From a virus: a stretch of 64,000 bases of DNA. Positions 29,001-39,677 of this stretch are shown here, one piece after another. A program made the position numbers and the translations under genes. The notes under the pieces are model-generated. The model did not search any database and was not told the origin of the DNA. It worked only from the letters and a program-made list of their open reading frames with translations. How positions within the stretch are numbered: the stretch's first letter is position 1; the number at the start of each line of letters is the position of its first letter. The stretch covers positions 1 through 64,000 of the IMG/VR virus record IMGVR_UViG_3300006923_000018; one strand, given 5' to 3'.

Positions 29001-29200
29001 TGGAAACTCAGAGCAGTAAACCTTTTAGCGCTACGAATGGTATCTCAACTGATATTTATTGTTGCGGAGAGCCCATCTATAAATTGCGGGCTGGGTTGCG
29101 TATTCTTACTCAGCGATGCACGGCTTTGCCGGATACTTATTTAGATGTAAAGTGTCCCAAGTGTAATAAACGAACCAAGCTGAGAGTTGGTAAAGAGTAG
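29000..29200 (+). CDS. Com-like zinc-ribbon protein
   Basis: IYCCG...LDVKCPKCNK; coupled start at ATG 29000. Confidence 0.6.
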   Translation: METQSSKPFSATNGISTDIYCCGEPIYKLRAGLRILTQRCTALPDTYLDVKCPKCNKRTKLRVGKE

Positions 29201-29206
29201 GAATTT

Positions 29207-29569
29207 ATGAGTGTAGAAGATCGGCTAGCCAAGATAGAACGTCACATGCGCGGGATGGATGAGGAGATCAACACTATCTCTTCAATGGTTTCTGCGCCCA
29301 AGTCGGAAGAGCCCCCACCTCATCGCGGCGCTGCGAATCCAGATCAGATCTGGGCCTGCAAGAAGTGCAGTTCACGTCTAGGCTTTTATGATCCGGTAAC
29401 TGATCTATTACGGATTCGGTATAAGGATTTTGTAACGTTTATGCACATTGGTGTTGGTGGATTTGTTCAGGTTTTATGTAGATCTTGCTCCGAAATGAAT
29501 ACGGCTGAATACGAAGGGCGAAGTGAAAATTCATCGCCTGTACCGGAATTGGTTAAACAGTCGGGCTAG
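29207..29569 (+). CDS. zinc-ribbon protein with N-terminal coiled coil (Com-like)
   Basis: WACKKCSSRLG...VLCRSCSEMN. Confidence 0.6.
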   Translation: MSVEDRLAKIERHMRGMDEEINTISSMVSAPKSEEPPPHRGAANPDQIWACKKCSSRLGFYDPVTDLLRIRYKDFVTFMHIGVGGFVQVLCRSCSEMNTAEYEGRSENSSPVPELVKQSG

Positions 29570-29651
29570 CATCCATTTCCAAACCATGCTATCTTTTCTG
29601 AAGACGCCAGCCAGGTGCTTACCTCTAATTATGAATTAAGGAGACAAGAGC

Positions 29652-30212
29652 ATGCCTCTTAATATACCTACTGGCACAACAAACGACATTTCATTTGGTC
29701 CAGCGCGACTCTTCATCAAGCCCTGGGCTGCTGCGGCCATGGGAACCCCAGACACTGACGTAGGTTACATCAGTGAGGATGGCGTTAGTGTTGAAATTAC
29801 TAGCGAGATGAAAGATATTGTTCAGGGCAATCCTAAGCTTATTGAATATACTTTCAGCCAAACTCAGGGAGTTTCAGTCACTCTAAGCTCGATTGAGTGG
29901 GATTTTAATAATCTTGTCTATGCGCTCGGCGCTGGCGTTACTGCAAACGGTGCTACACTCAAGTATTCTTTTGGTGGAGATCCCCTTGTAAGTTCCGTAG
30001 CGCTCAACATTGAGCACCAGATGGCGGTTACTGGTAATACACTTAATCTTTATGTGTGGAAGGCCGTCAGTGAATCTGGAGTGAGCTTCCCGTTTGGCGC
30101 TGACGAGCATACATTTGAATACAAATGGAAAGCTCAGCGTGCGGACACTGATTGGGGTGGCACCGCCTTGACTTACGAAAAGCAACTGATTCAGATTTTA
30201 CGATCTAGCTAA
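29652..30212 (+). CDS. major tail tube protein
   Basis: ISFGPARLF..DVGY..DGV pattern; AAGGAG SD; upstream of chaperones and tape measure. Confidence 0.8.
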   Translation: MPLNIPTGTTNDISFGPARLFIKPWAAAAMGTPDTDVGYISEDGVSVEITSEMKDIVQGNPKLIEYTFSQTQGVSVTLSSIEWDFNNLVYALGAGVTANGATLKYSFGGDPLVSSVALNIEHQMAVTGNTLNLYVWKAVSESGVSFPFGADEHTFEYKWKAQRADTDWGGTALTYEKQLIQILRSS

Positions 30213-30288
30213 TCGTTTAGTTTAATCTGGAAGCCTTGTTGGGCTCGTGATATGGTAATAATGCCTAACGATGCCCAAGGAGGTACAG

Positions 30289-30801
30289 GTGCAAGAAGAA
30301 ACAACTAAGATAGATGAAGTTAGCAATCCAGGGTTAGATCTTACTCAGATGCTGGATACTTTAGTCCCCCCAAAAACGGTTACTGTAGTTGATGTGTTTG
30401 GAAATGAGTATGAGACCACTTCGGTCTGCTCAGCAAGATCACAGATTCGGATACTGAGAAAGTTTGAAGAATTGCAGACATTGCCCGCTATTGCAGAGCA
30501 ACTCGGAGACGATATTGCTATTGGCGATGCGGGATCGATCGCTGCCCTCATTGTAAAGGTAGCGTCTGACCCTCAAGTGCTTGGTGGAATTGCCTCAGCT
30601 TTTGAGATTGGTCATCCAAAGACTTACAGTCTTGCTGTTAAAGCTGCTAAGAAGCAAGGATTAAAAGAAATTGAAGATGCTGCGGATTTATTTCCGATTG
30701 AGGAGTTGGTTGCTGCCGTCCTCCCTTTGTTCATGCGTCTGTTACGCAAGAGCGCGACAGCGATAAACGCCCTAACGGGAGCGACGACCCCAGTAGCGTA
30801 G
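30289..30801 (+). CDS. tail assembly chaperone (gpG-like)
   Basis: AGGAGGT SD before GTG 30289; position between tail tube and tape measure. Confidence 0.7.
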   Translation: MQEETTKIDEVSNPGLDLTQMLDTLVPPKTVTVVDVFGNEYETTSVCSARSQIRILRKFEELQTLPAIAEQLGDDIAIGDAGSIAALIVKVASDPQVLGGIASAFEIGHPKTYSLAVKAAKKQGLKEIEDAADLFPIEELVAAVLPLFMRLLRKSATAINALTGATTPVA

Positions 30802-31106
30802 AGGGGTTAAAAATGATCCTTGGCGCATTATTGGCGTCTGGTCATTCTCTAGATCAAATCCTTGACATGTCATGGGATCAAATTGGTTTAATGGGGGAGT
30901 GCGTTTTAATACATAAGTATGAAATGCTTAATTCCCTCATTGAACCTGTAATGGTTTCTATGGGTGGTAAGTATAAATCGGGTAAAGTTAATCGTAAAAG
31001 TAGAAAACAGAAAACCAATAAGTCAAAACTTACGCCTAAGCAGCGTGAAGAGTTATTGATTCATCAATTTGCGAGCGCGGGAATCCCGATCGGTGTAAAA
31101 TCGTGA
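30702..31106 (+). CDS. tail assembly chaperone extension (gpT-like), -1 frame
   Basis: The -1 frame is open from 30702; candidate slippery heptamer CCCTTTG at 30723-30729. Confidence 0.65.
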   Translation, partial: GVGCCRPPFVHASVTQERDSDKRPNGSDDPSSVEGLKMILGALLASGHSLDQILDMSWDQIGLMGECVLIHKYEMLNSLIEPVMVSMGGKYKSGKVNRKSRKQKTNKSKLTPKQREELLIHQFASAGIPIGVKS

Positions 31107-31119
31107 CTGGAGAATTTGA

Positions 31120-34100
31120 ATGGCTAAGGCGAACTTAGGCGAGCTTTTAATTAAGATCGGCGTCGATACTAAGAAACTCGATGCCGGTCTTACTGATGCT
31201 GGTAACAGTTTAAAAAGGTTTGGTGTAAGTTCTAGGGCTATTTCTGCTGGTGTTACCGCAGCTTTCGCGGGTATGACGCTCGCAGTGGCGGCGTTCGGGA
31301 AGGCTACTACAGAGGTTGGTGCTGGATTTGAGCAATCAATGGCAACAGTGGGTGCTGTTGCTGGTTCAACAGAGGCTCAGCTTGGCCTCATGGAGACCAG
31401 GGCTCGTGAAGTTGGTCGAAGCACTTTATTTACTGCTCGCCAGAGCGCAGATGCGATGGTTGAGTTTGCTCGCGCAGGCTTTAAGGCTGGTGAAATCATC
31501 TCGGCCACTGAGCCAGCCATTAACCTGGCTGGTGCAACTGCGGCTAATCTGACTAGTGCTGTAAAGGGAGTAGCGGCGGCGCTAAAGGTATTTCAACTCG
31601 ACGCTGGTGAGGCTGCTCGTGTAGCAGATGTTTTTGCTGTAGCCACTCAGAATTCATTGTTTGATTTGCAGGGTTTAATTGATGCTATGAAGTATGGCGG
31701 TCCCGCTGCCGCTGCGTTTGGTCTAAGTATTGAGCAGGGAACTGCCTATATGATGGTCCTGCGAAACTTGGGTTTAGAGGCGAGTCAGGCTGGTGTATAT
31801 CTTCGTCAGATTTTAACTAGCGCGGCCAACTTAACACCAAAGGCTGCTAAGATATTTTCTGCGGTTGGTATATCTGCTGAGGAACTTGACCCAACCATTA
31901 ATCATCTTGACGATATTATTAGAAGACTTGGCGACACTACTGAGCTGAGTGGTAAAAAGATTCAATCTGCGTTTGGAACTCGTGGTGGTCCGATTGTTGC
32001 AGCCCTGGTTAAGCAATATCGTACACTTGGAGAGGAAGGGCTCCATTTCCTTAAGTTTCAAGAACAACTGGCTGAATCCGCAGGCGAAGCGGAAAAGATG
32101 TATATCCGGCAGATTGATACTGTAATTGGCCAGTTTACTATTGCGAAGTCAGCAATGGAAGACTTGTTCATTGCGATGTTCTTTGGATTTAATTTAGAGC
32201 TAAAAGATCTCGGGACTGCATTTGCGGAGCTATTTAACGCAATCCGAATTGAACTTAGTTCGAGTGGTTTCAGTGACTTCGGTGAGCCAATTAACGACTT
32301 CGCTGCCATCCTGAGAAACAACAAAGAGGGAATTGCGAAAGCATTTGTTGGCTTTGCTGAGGCCATTGCTGGTGTCGGAAACGCCCTAAATACGCTATTG
32401 CTTGTACTCCCGCTGGTACTTTTTGTATTTAATAATTTCAAAGGACTGCTCTATGGTCTGGCTACTGGTGGTTTCGTCCTGGCTACTAGCTGGGTAGTTC
32501 AGTTCGCTGGTGGACTCGCGACAACAGGAATTGTTTACGGGCGGTTCACGGGTGCGGTCGCCTACGCAACGGTTGCTCTGGGCGAATTCACAGCAGCGCT
32601 GGCCTTGTCAACGGGCGCTGTGCTGGGGATAGCGGCTGCTATTGGGGTGGTTGTTTACGCGCTATTCCGGTGGAAAACAGCAGAAGAAGATCTCGCAGCC
32701 ATTAGAAATAAGAAAAAGGCACAGAGATACGCTGAGCTTCAGCATCTTACAGATCTGAGGCAGTCTACTGATGCAATGGTCCTCTCTTTAATTGATCGTG
32801 CAGTTAAAGAGAAAACCCTCTCTGAAGAATTAAAGATTCAACTGAGACAGCTTAGCGTCTTAAATCGAAAGCAAATTGAAACGGGATTGGCAGCAGGAAC
32901 TCTGTTTGAAACTTCAGAAAATGCTGTCATGTCTTTGGCTGCTGCCTTTGAGATGCAAAAACAAGGGATGACGGGTGCTGATCGCTATCTTCGTGATGCA
33001 GAAAAGCATCGGCGCGGGTCACTAAAAAGTGCAGCAGACCTAAAGGCTGAAAACGCGACATTAGTTCAGCAGTATGACGCCATTATCAAAAAGCATGAAG
33101 GTACAGCGCTTGCGCAAGCTGCGGTTCGTAAAGAGGCAAGCACGCTTTTTGGTGAAGAGGTAAATAGCACTGAAGATGTCATTCGTGTATATGATAAGCG
33201 CGAAGAAAAGGTGGAGGAATTAATTGGAGGCGCCAACAGGCTCTATGAGGCGCTTAAGATGGGAAAGATAGCTCATGGGTTATCTCTTCATAGTAAATTA
33301 ATCTCCAATATTACTGGAAAAACAGCAAAGCAAGCAAAGGAAGAGAAAAATCTAGCAAATGCAATACTTAAGCGACTAGAGTTTGAGCTTAAGCTGATGC
33401 GGGAGATTGAGAATCTTCGAACCAGGGGCGCAACTACTAGGAAAAACGATTTAGCGGCCAGTATAGAGGCGGCGGAAAAACTATATGCTGCCGAAATAGC
33501 GGCTGCGCTGGAGATGGGCTTAGAAATTGCTGCCATAGAGTCAGATCTGGTAGAAACTATAAGCAATCTTAAGCTTAGATCTCGTCTTGAAACCATTAAT
33601 AAGCTGAAAGATATTGAAGAGGACGCGATTAAAAAAACGCGTTCAATGAGGGAGATGACTCAGGCTGAAGAGCTTCATTCAGAGTATCTCACGGCAGAAG
33701 CAAACTTAGATAGAATTTATCAGTTAGAAGTTGACGCTAATAATTGGAGTTGGGAACTTGCTAAGACATTTGAGGATGCAAAGCTTGCTCTTCAAAGAGA
33801 AGCAATCGCAAAAGCTGAAGAGATACGGCGTAATGACGAAAAGAAGCGTCTTGCTGATATTGAGCGAATCACTACAGAAATAAGCACTAGAGATTTAAAA
33901 GAATCAGAGCGTTTAGCATCTGAAAAGGCTCAGATTTTATCTCAGCTTAAAAGGGACGAGGTAGGCAAGCGGGAAGTTATAGAATCTGATTATGATTATA
34001 GAATTCGGCAGGCCCGAAAGGAGGAACGCCGAAATATAATAGAGTTTATTAATTGGAGAATAAGAAGAGGGCGGGAAGGTGTTAAGCGGATGCTTAATGC

Positions 34101-35649
34101 GGCGAAGGGCAAGGTTGCTCCTTTTATTATAGCTTTATTTGGCAGGGATAAAGAGTCTGATAAATACATGAAGCGTCAGGCTGGAAAAGCCTGGAAAGAA
34201 GCCCTAAAGCTTCAAAGGAAAATGGATCGTCAGGCAACAATAAATGAGCGCCGGAAAAGTAAGGGTAAGCCGGAAAAGGAGTTTGGACGTTTAAAAGAGT
34301 CCGCAAAAGAGGCGGCACAAGGGATTGCACAGATAATGGGTGCGACCTTGGGCGCTGTTGGCGCGGGTGCGGTGAAGGCTGTTGGGATGATGAAGTCTAT
34401 AGCAGGGGCTTTTTCTTCTGTTGTAAGCAAGTTTTCTGGATTCTCATTTAGTCCAGCAGCTATGGCGCAGGAGCTTGCTGCGGCTAAGGCGGCTGCCGAC
34501 GAAGAGGGTGCTGGGTTTAGCTATGCTAAAGAGGCTCGCAAGTATGTAGACGGCCTTGTTGATCAGGCAATTGGCTTTGCAGACGGTTTGGCTAAGGGTC
34601 TTGGTCCTGCACTTGAGCAGATAGCCGAACGTCTACCTGATTTATTAGATGCGATTATTGCAGCAATTCCGAAAGTGGTTCAGGCGATTGTAGATGTACT
34701 GCCTGGGCTTATTATGACCATCATTAACAAGCTTCCCGAGTTATTTTCAGCTTTGGTTAATGGATTAGTTGATGTTGCCTTAGCTCTATTTGATGCTTTA
34801 CCGGAGATGTTGACGCAGTTCCTTAGTGTTGCTCTGCCTGACATGATTACAACTCTTCTAGCAGCAATTCCTAAGATCATTGATGGATTTGTTAAGGCTC
34901 TCCCTGATATTCTTACAGCTATTATTGATTCTATTCCGATAATCATAGAAGCAATTATCATGGGTTTGCCCGATATAGTTATTTCTATAATTAAAGCTAT
35001 TCCAATCATTGTGATTGAACTTATAAAGGCAATCCCAAGGCTAATAGTTGCTATTGTTTGGGGGATACTTAAGGCATTAGGCGCGGTAGTTGGTGAGCTA
35101 GGCAAGATTATTGCAGAGGCTTTTGTTGGCGTGTTTAATTTCTTTAAGGATTGGATGGGGAGTCTCAAGGAGACGTTTAAGGGTGATCCCGAGAAAAGTA
35201 AGTCCCACAAGATTTGGACAACTATAGGAGACATTTTTACTTTAGGGGGTGTATCACGGTGGAAAAAGAATAAGGCGGAAGCATACGAGGAGCTTGGCCG
35301 AGAAATGCCCACTGGCGGGAATGCCTACTCTGGAATCAATTATGTCCCAGCGAATATGCGGGTAAATGTTCATAAGGGTGAAGCCATTATCCCTGCAAGC
35401 CGCAATGCTCAGGGGGATAAAGGGGGCATGAACCGTGCCGCGCCAGCCTCTTACGGAGGGGGTCCGGGTGGCGGCGGCATGGGTCAGCCTATAGATATTG
35501 CAATTATGGCAGAGGGTCGTCTTCTGGACGCGGTTCAGATCACTGCTATGCGTCGTGGTCATGCCCCTGAAATCAAAAGTGAGCTACGTCGCGCATCAGG
35601 TGTGACTGTTGGATTTAATCGTGGATCTTTCGACTATTGGACTAAGTAA
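31120..35649 (+). CDS. tape measure protein (TP901-like)
   Basis: 1509 aa, Ala-rich and helical; FEQSM..V.AV..FTA.Q.ADAM N-terminal domain; TM region; ~11-residue repeats; VHKGEAIIP. Confidence 0.95.
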   Translation: MAKANLGELLIKIGVDTKKLDAGLTDAGNSLKRFGVSSRAISAGVTAAFAGMTLAVAAFGKATTEVGAGFEQSMATVGAVAGSTEAQLGLMETRAREVGRSTLFTARQSADAMVEFARAGFKAGEIISATEPAINLAGATAANLTSAVKGVAAALKVFQLDAGEAARVADVFAVATQNSLFDLQGLIDAMKYGGPAAAAFGLSIEQGTAYMMVLRNLGLEASQAGVYLRQILTSAANLTPKAAKIFSAVGISAEELDPTINHLDDIIRRLGDTTELSGKKIQSAFGTRGGPIVAALVKQYRTLGEEGLHFLKFQEQLAESAGEAEKMYIRQIDTVIGQFTIAKSAMEDLFIAMFFGFNLELKDLGTAFAELFNAIRIELSSSGFSDFGEPINDFAAILRNNKEGIAKAFVGFAEAIAGVGNALNTLLLVLPLVLFVFNNFKGLLYGLATGGFVLATSWVVQFAGGLATTGIVYGRFTGAVAYATVALGEFTAALALSTGAVLGIAAAIGVVVYALFRWKTAEEDLAAIRNKKKAQRYAELQHLTDLRQSTDAMVLSLIDRAVKEKTLSEELKIQLRQLSVLNRKQIETGLAAGTLFETSENAVMSLAAAFEMQKQGMTGADRYLRDAEKHRRGSLKSAADLKAENATLVQQYDAIIKKHEGTALAQAAVRKEASTLFGEEVNSTEDVIRVYDKREEKVEELIGGANRLYEALKMGKIAHGLSLHSKLISNITGKTAKQAKEEKNLANAILKRLEFELKLMREIENLRTRGATTRKNDLAASIEAAEKLYAAEIAAALEMGLEIAAIESDLVETISNLKLRSRLETINKLKDIEEDAIKKTRSMREMTQAEELHSEYLTAEANLDRIYQLEVDANNWSWELAKTFEDAKLALQREAIAKAEEIRRNDEKKRLADIERITTEISTRDLKESERLASEKAQILSQLKRDEVGKREVIESDYDYRIRQARKEERRNIIEFINWRIRRGREGVKRMLNAAKGKVAPFIIALFGRDKESDKYMKRQAGKAWKEALKLQRKMDRQATINERRKSKGKPEKEFGRLKESAKEAAQGIAQIMGATLGAVGAGAVKAVGMMKSIAGAFSSVVSKFSGFSFSPAAMAQELAAAKAAADEEGAGFSYAKEARKYVDGLVDQAIGFADGLAKGLGPALEQIAERLPDLLDAIIAAIPKVVQAIVDVLPGLIMTIINKLPELFSALVNGLVDVALALFDALPEMLTQFLSVALPDMITTLLAAIPKIIDGFVKALPDILTAIIDSIPIIIEAIIMGLPDIVISIIKAIPIIVIELIKAIPRLIVAIVWGILKALGAVVGELGKIIAEAFVGVFNFFKDWMGSLKETFKGDPEKSKSHKIWTTIGDIFTLGGVSRWKKNKAEAYEELGREMPTGGNAYSGINYVPANMRVNVHKGEAIIPASRNAQGDKGGMNRAAPASYGGGPGGGGMGQPIDIAIMAEGRLLDAVQITAMRRGHAPEIKSELRRASGVTVGFNRGSFDYWTK

Positions 35650-38600
35650 TGGGTGGACCTAATTCCTATATCATATTTCCCGAAACAGTATTAACTGGGG
35701 AAAATAATGTTGTAAGTGTTCAACCGAACACTGATGGTGAGTACCCTGGCCAGGGTTCAGCAGATTTAAACAATACGGGATCTCTAACAGTTGTCCAAAC
35801 TGGAACTTATAAGGAAGGAGTTTCAACTTCAGCCAAAAAAACAAATTACCGAGTTTGTGATGCCGGTAGTAATTTTGCTGGTGCAACCTACGGCTGGAAG
35901 CCTTCCACGGACCTAGTTTCTCTTGGTGATGGCGCCTTTTTAGTAGATAGTACGAATGCCTTGGCTGCTGGAGATCTAATTCTCAACAGGATTAGCATTG
36001 GAGATTCTAATAAGTTTGATATCCTAAGCGTAGATTCTAACGATCAATCAGCACTATCCAAATCTATTGCAATTAACTTAAAGAAAGACCTCCACGGCAT
36101 TACTGCTACTGGCGCTACCGTCTGGGCACCGTGGGCAAATGTTGGGGCTGGCACAGTAGGGTCTGGTGATATTTTAATCAATGATGTAGATATACGTGCT
36201 GGAAGCGACATTGTTGTAACTGCAAATGACGGGACAGGAACTTTAGAGGCTGCAATTAATGCAAAGACATGGAAAACTGGGGTGACTGGAGATCTGGCTG
36301 CTGGGACGATGAGGTTGACCAGCGGTGGTTGCAATATCAAGCTTGAGCTAAGTGATAGTGGCGCTACGATTTTAAATGGTCTTGGTGGGGCTGTTTCCCT
36401 AACTCAGTTTGGATATATTACTCTGACGCACGAAACTCATATAGAGATTCGTGGGGCCAATCCTGTCTATATAGGATCTGTATTTGCTGACGGCTATTAC
36501 CAGACCCGTGAATGGTATGGCTATGATGACATGCGGTATTTTTATGCTGAGCATGGTGGAATGCTGACCAAGCCAGGATACGGAGCATGTTCAGTCTTCT
36601 GCAAGTTAGCGATGAGGGAACTTCTATATGTTGCTGAGGCAGCGCCAGGCGAGGGCGAGACAACATCAACTCTTAGAATTTCTTATCATGATGTTCGTTC
36701 TGAGTATGATGATTGGACCAGCACAACAGTAGAGCTTGATAAGGAGTTTGCCACTGGCTTTGGAGATCATAGAGCCGCCTTGCAGGTATGCGCTATGAGG
36801 GACGGGTCTCTGAGGCTACTGACTCAGCAGAATGGCCGTGATTGGGTTTTATGGCATTCTACAGATGGTCTTGTTTGGAATAGAATAAACGACAATATTC
36901 TGAGACGATTTACCACAGATTTAATGCAGGCTTCTCTTTGGCCCAGAATGGATGCCAGTGGTGATTTTCTTAGAATTGCCTGGATGGATTACACGTCAAC
37001 CGGCACTGGAAGTCATGAAGCTCTTACCTATTATCTAAGAACCATTGTTTCGTCGGATGGCGGGGCGTCGTTTACTGAGCCTACCTTTTCACTATCTCCC
37101 TATACAATCAGCGAAGACGGTAAGGGTTCTGATTATTTCATTTGGACAATGGCTGCGCTAGGTGATGAATCTGGGACATTTTATCTACATTTTTCAACTG
37201 GAAGTCTTACACGAAATTTCTATGCTAGGCGTTTAGACGGGTGGGCCGACACGACAATTTTCTTCGCCAATGCTGCTTGGAACACTACTACGCAGGGCGC
37301 ACATCTCGGCGCTGTGCGTGGGCCTGATTATTACTATGTATTCTTTCAGTTTCGTCAGCCCAGCGGAAACCCAAGCGCCGCTTGGATTGCGGAGGGGGCG
37401 AGTATGACGGTTTATGAGATAGATCCCTCTGAACCATTAAGCAGTACAAGTTGGCGCCGGTTGGGGATTAGTGGTCAATGGGATGGGACTTGTAAGTTTC
37501 AGCCAGCCCTCATCAGCTTGGTAAACTGCGGTGACTATATTTCTATGTTTGGTGCTCTAGTAGATAATGATACGGATGCTGCTACACTAGAAGCTGACAA
37601 TACTTGTTATTTAAGATTTGGAAAATGGGATAAGAAACCTATCAAGGAAACTTATCCAGAGTCATTTCAGACCTCGGCCATTGAAGACCTTGTTACCTTG
37701 ACCCATCAGCCGACTCGCACACTGTATCGTTTAAGCTGGAATGCCGCATTTGGGGCACCTGCGCCTGCATCTAATGCAAGTGCTTCATCCGATACTACTT
37801 GGACCAGAGATCGTCATCAGACAACCCAAAGCTGGAATGCGTGGAGATTTAAGCTTGAAGACCAAGCGACTGTAGGCAACTACGGCATCTATACCTTTAG
37901 CGACACTGCTAATTTGACTACTCACAATGCTCCAATATGGGGGGTTACTCCATCTATAGCTAACATAGCTGGAAGCTGTATTGAATGTGAAATGAGAATT
38001 GAACAGATTGAGGAGGGAATACATACAACTGAGATAGTTTTCTTTGGCGTGAAATCGTTTTATGGCACAACTTCAACCTCAACAAGACAGTTAGAGATCG
38101 CACTTTACTTTCATCAAAATGGGTTTGTTGTTTGGGATAAAATTTCAGATTCGTTGGCCACAACCGGAGTGACTGGTTTAGACATGACTGAATTTCATCT
38201 ATTCAGAATGGTGTTCAGGCCAAATCCAGGCACGGACAGTAGTAGATGTCAGATTTGGTATAAACAAATAGGGGATTTTGGAGAAAACGAGTGGGGACAC
38301 ACCCCTGTTTTTACCCCTACCCTTAATTCAGGCCCCGAATCATTTTCTCAGTCTATTCATTTTGGGCACGGCAATGTATCATATGGTAGTACAAAACGAA
38401 TATCACAATGGCGACGGATTGCGGTGCTTGATTATACCGATTGCAATCAGCTTGAAGATGATGATGTCCGATGGCCTGATGAGATGCGAGGCCACCTTGT
38501 AACTCAGAATCCGGTTCTAATTGATAATCATGCGTCTGCTCGCTGGGGCGGCGGCGGCGGAATGGATAATGATTATTTTACAGCCGAAGCTGATAGCAAT

Positions 38601-39677
38601 TATGCAGTTTCTAATGTATTTATTGACTCTCCAAGGATAGAGTGGCGAAGCGAATCTCATGGCGTTGATGAGTTGACTGACGGGCAAATTGTTTTAGTTG
38701 CAGATCCCAATGACGAATTCGCTCGAATTCGCTTTGAGGGAATCGCCTTCTTCAACACCAATTTTCTTAGCACGTTCATCGAATGGTCTGATGACGGAAC
38801 CACATGGGCCTCGGTGGAAGATGCCATTGACACCCCTTTAATAAGTGCTACGATTTATTCTATTGGTGAAAAGTTTTTTATTTTAGATCTTCCGTCTCAA
38901 GGCAAACCCATAATTGGGCAGATGCAGACTAATCAAAATAATACTTACTATCTGCAATTTAAGTCAACTGTAGATGAAACGACTAAATTTTATACTGTAA
39001 AGATTAACAAGCTCGATTATATTGATGGTGACAAGTTTTCTGTATATCTGGATACGGACAAGAACCTAAAAGCATACTTCGGTGATGAGCTTGGTGCTCC
39101 AGTTACGATTCACAGTAATCAATGGGCTTACCGCGCTACTGCTTCTGGTTCGTTTCAGCCTCAAATGTACGGAGTTAGATACCTCCGTTTTACTACCACT
39201 GGAAGTTATCCAAGCGCTGAAGGATATTGGAAAGTTGGCCGGATTGTGCTGGGTCCAGTATTAGATTTGGGTGTTCCCTTAGAGTGGACGCTTGAGAATA
39301 ATCAGCAGCCAAATGTGACAAAGTATCGAACCCGGAGCGCTATTCAGTGGGCCTTTGTGGAGGGTCCGCCACAAAGAACAATCAAAGGTCGCATTGTTGG
39401 TGATGTGAAAGAACAAGAGCGCATGAAGCTACGTTACAGTCTTCAGAAGTATTCAGAATACGAAAAGAAGTCATGCGTTTTAGTCAAAGACAGCACCTCG
39501 TACTATGGTAGTGAATCTGACAGCAATTATACTCGTCAAAACTGCAACCCAGACAATGTAATTCTTGGCAGGATTGCTAATGGAAGTCCACTGGATCAAA
39601 TTGCCTGGTATCAGGATGTGGATGGCATCTGGAAGCAGGCGGGTGACGTTGAAATAGAGTTTACGGAGGAGGTCTGA
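35649..39677 (+). CDS. large tail-tip protein with flagellin-D2-like insert and Asp-box (BNR) repeats
   Basis: Follows tape measure; Asp boxes STDGLVW, SSDGGASF, SDDGTTW; GD..IN..I...AINA...TGVT module. Confidence 0.75.
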   Translation: MGGPNSYIIFPETVLTGENNVVSVQPNTDGEYPGQGSADLNNTGSLTVVQTGTYKEGVSTSAKKTNYRVCDAGSNFAGATYGWKPSTDLVSLGDGAFLVDSTNALAAGDLILNRISIGDSNKFDILSVDSNDQSALSKSIAINLKKDLHGITATGATVWAPWANVGAGTVGSGDILINDVDIRAGSDIVVTANDGTGTLEAAINAKTWKTGVTGDLAAGTMRLTSGGCNIKLELSDSGATILNGLGGAVSLTQFGYITLTHETHIEIRGANPVYIGSVFADGYYQTREWYGYDDMRYFYAEHGGMLTKPGYGACSVFCKLAMRELLYVAEAAPGEGETTSTLRISYHDVRSEYDDWTSTTVELDKEFATGFGDHRAALQVCAMRDGSLRLLTQQNGRDWVLWHSTDGLVWNRINDNILRRFTTDLMQASLWPRMDASGDFLRIAWMDYTSTGTGSHEALTYYLRTIVSSDGGASFTEPTFSLSPYTISEDGKGSDYFIWTMAALGDESGTFYLHFSTGSLTRNFYARRLDGWADTTIFFANAAWNTTTQGAHLGAVRGPDYYYVFFQFRQPSGNPSAAWIAEGASMTVYEIDPSEPLSSTSWRRLGISGQWDGTCKFQPALISLVNCGDYISMFGALVDNDTDAATLEADNTCYLRFGKWDKKPIKETYPESFQTSAIEDLVTLTHQPTRTLYRLSWNAAFGAPAPASNASASSDTTWTRDRHQTTQSWNAWRFKLEDQATVGNYGIYTFSDTANLTTHNAPIWGVTPSIANIAGSCIECEMRIEQIEEGIHTTEIVFFGVKSFYGTTSTSTRQLEIALYFHQNGFVVWDKISDSLATTGVTGLDMTEFHLFRMVFRPNPGTDSSRCQIWYKQIGDFGENEWGHTPVFTPTLNSGPESFSQSIHFGHGNVSYGSTKRISQWRRIAVLDYTDCNQLEDDDVRWPDEMRGHLVTQNPVLIDNHASARWGGGGGMDNDYFTAEADSNYAVSNVFIDSPRIEWRSESHGVDELTDGQIVLVADPNDEFARIRFEGIAFFNTNFLSTFIEWSDDGTTWASVEDAIDTPLISATIYSIGEKFFILDLPSQGKPIIGQMQTNQNNTYYLQFKSTVDETTKFYTVKINKLDYIDGDKFSVYLDTDKNLKAYFGDELGAPVTIHSNQWAYRATASGSFQPQMYGVRYLRFTTTGSYPSAEGYWKVGRIVLGPVLDLGVPLEWTLENNQQPNVTKYRTRSAIQWAFVEGPPQRTIKGRIVGDVKEQERMKLRYSLQKYSEYEKKSCVLVKDSTSYYGSESDSNYTRQNCNPDNVILGRIANGSPLDQIAWYQDVDGIWKQAGDVEIEFTEEV

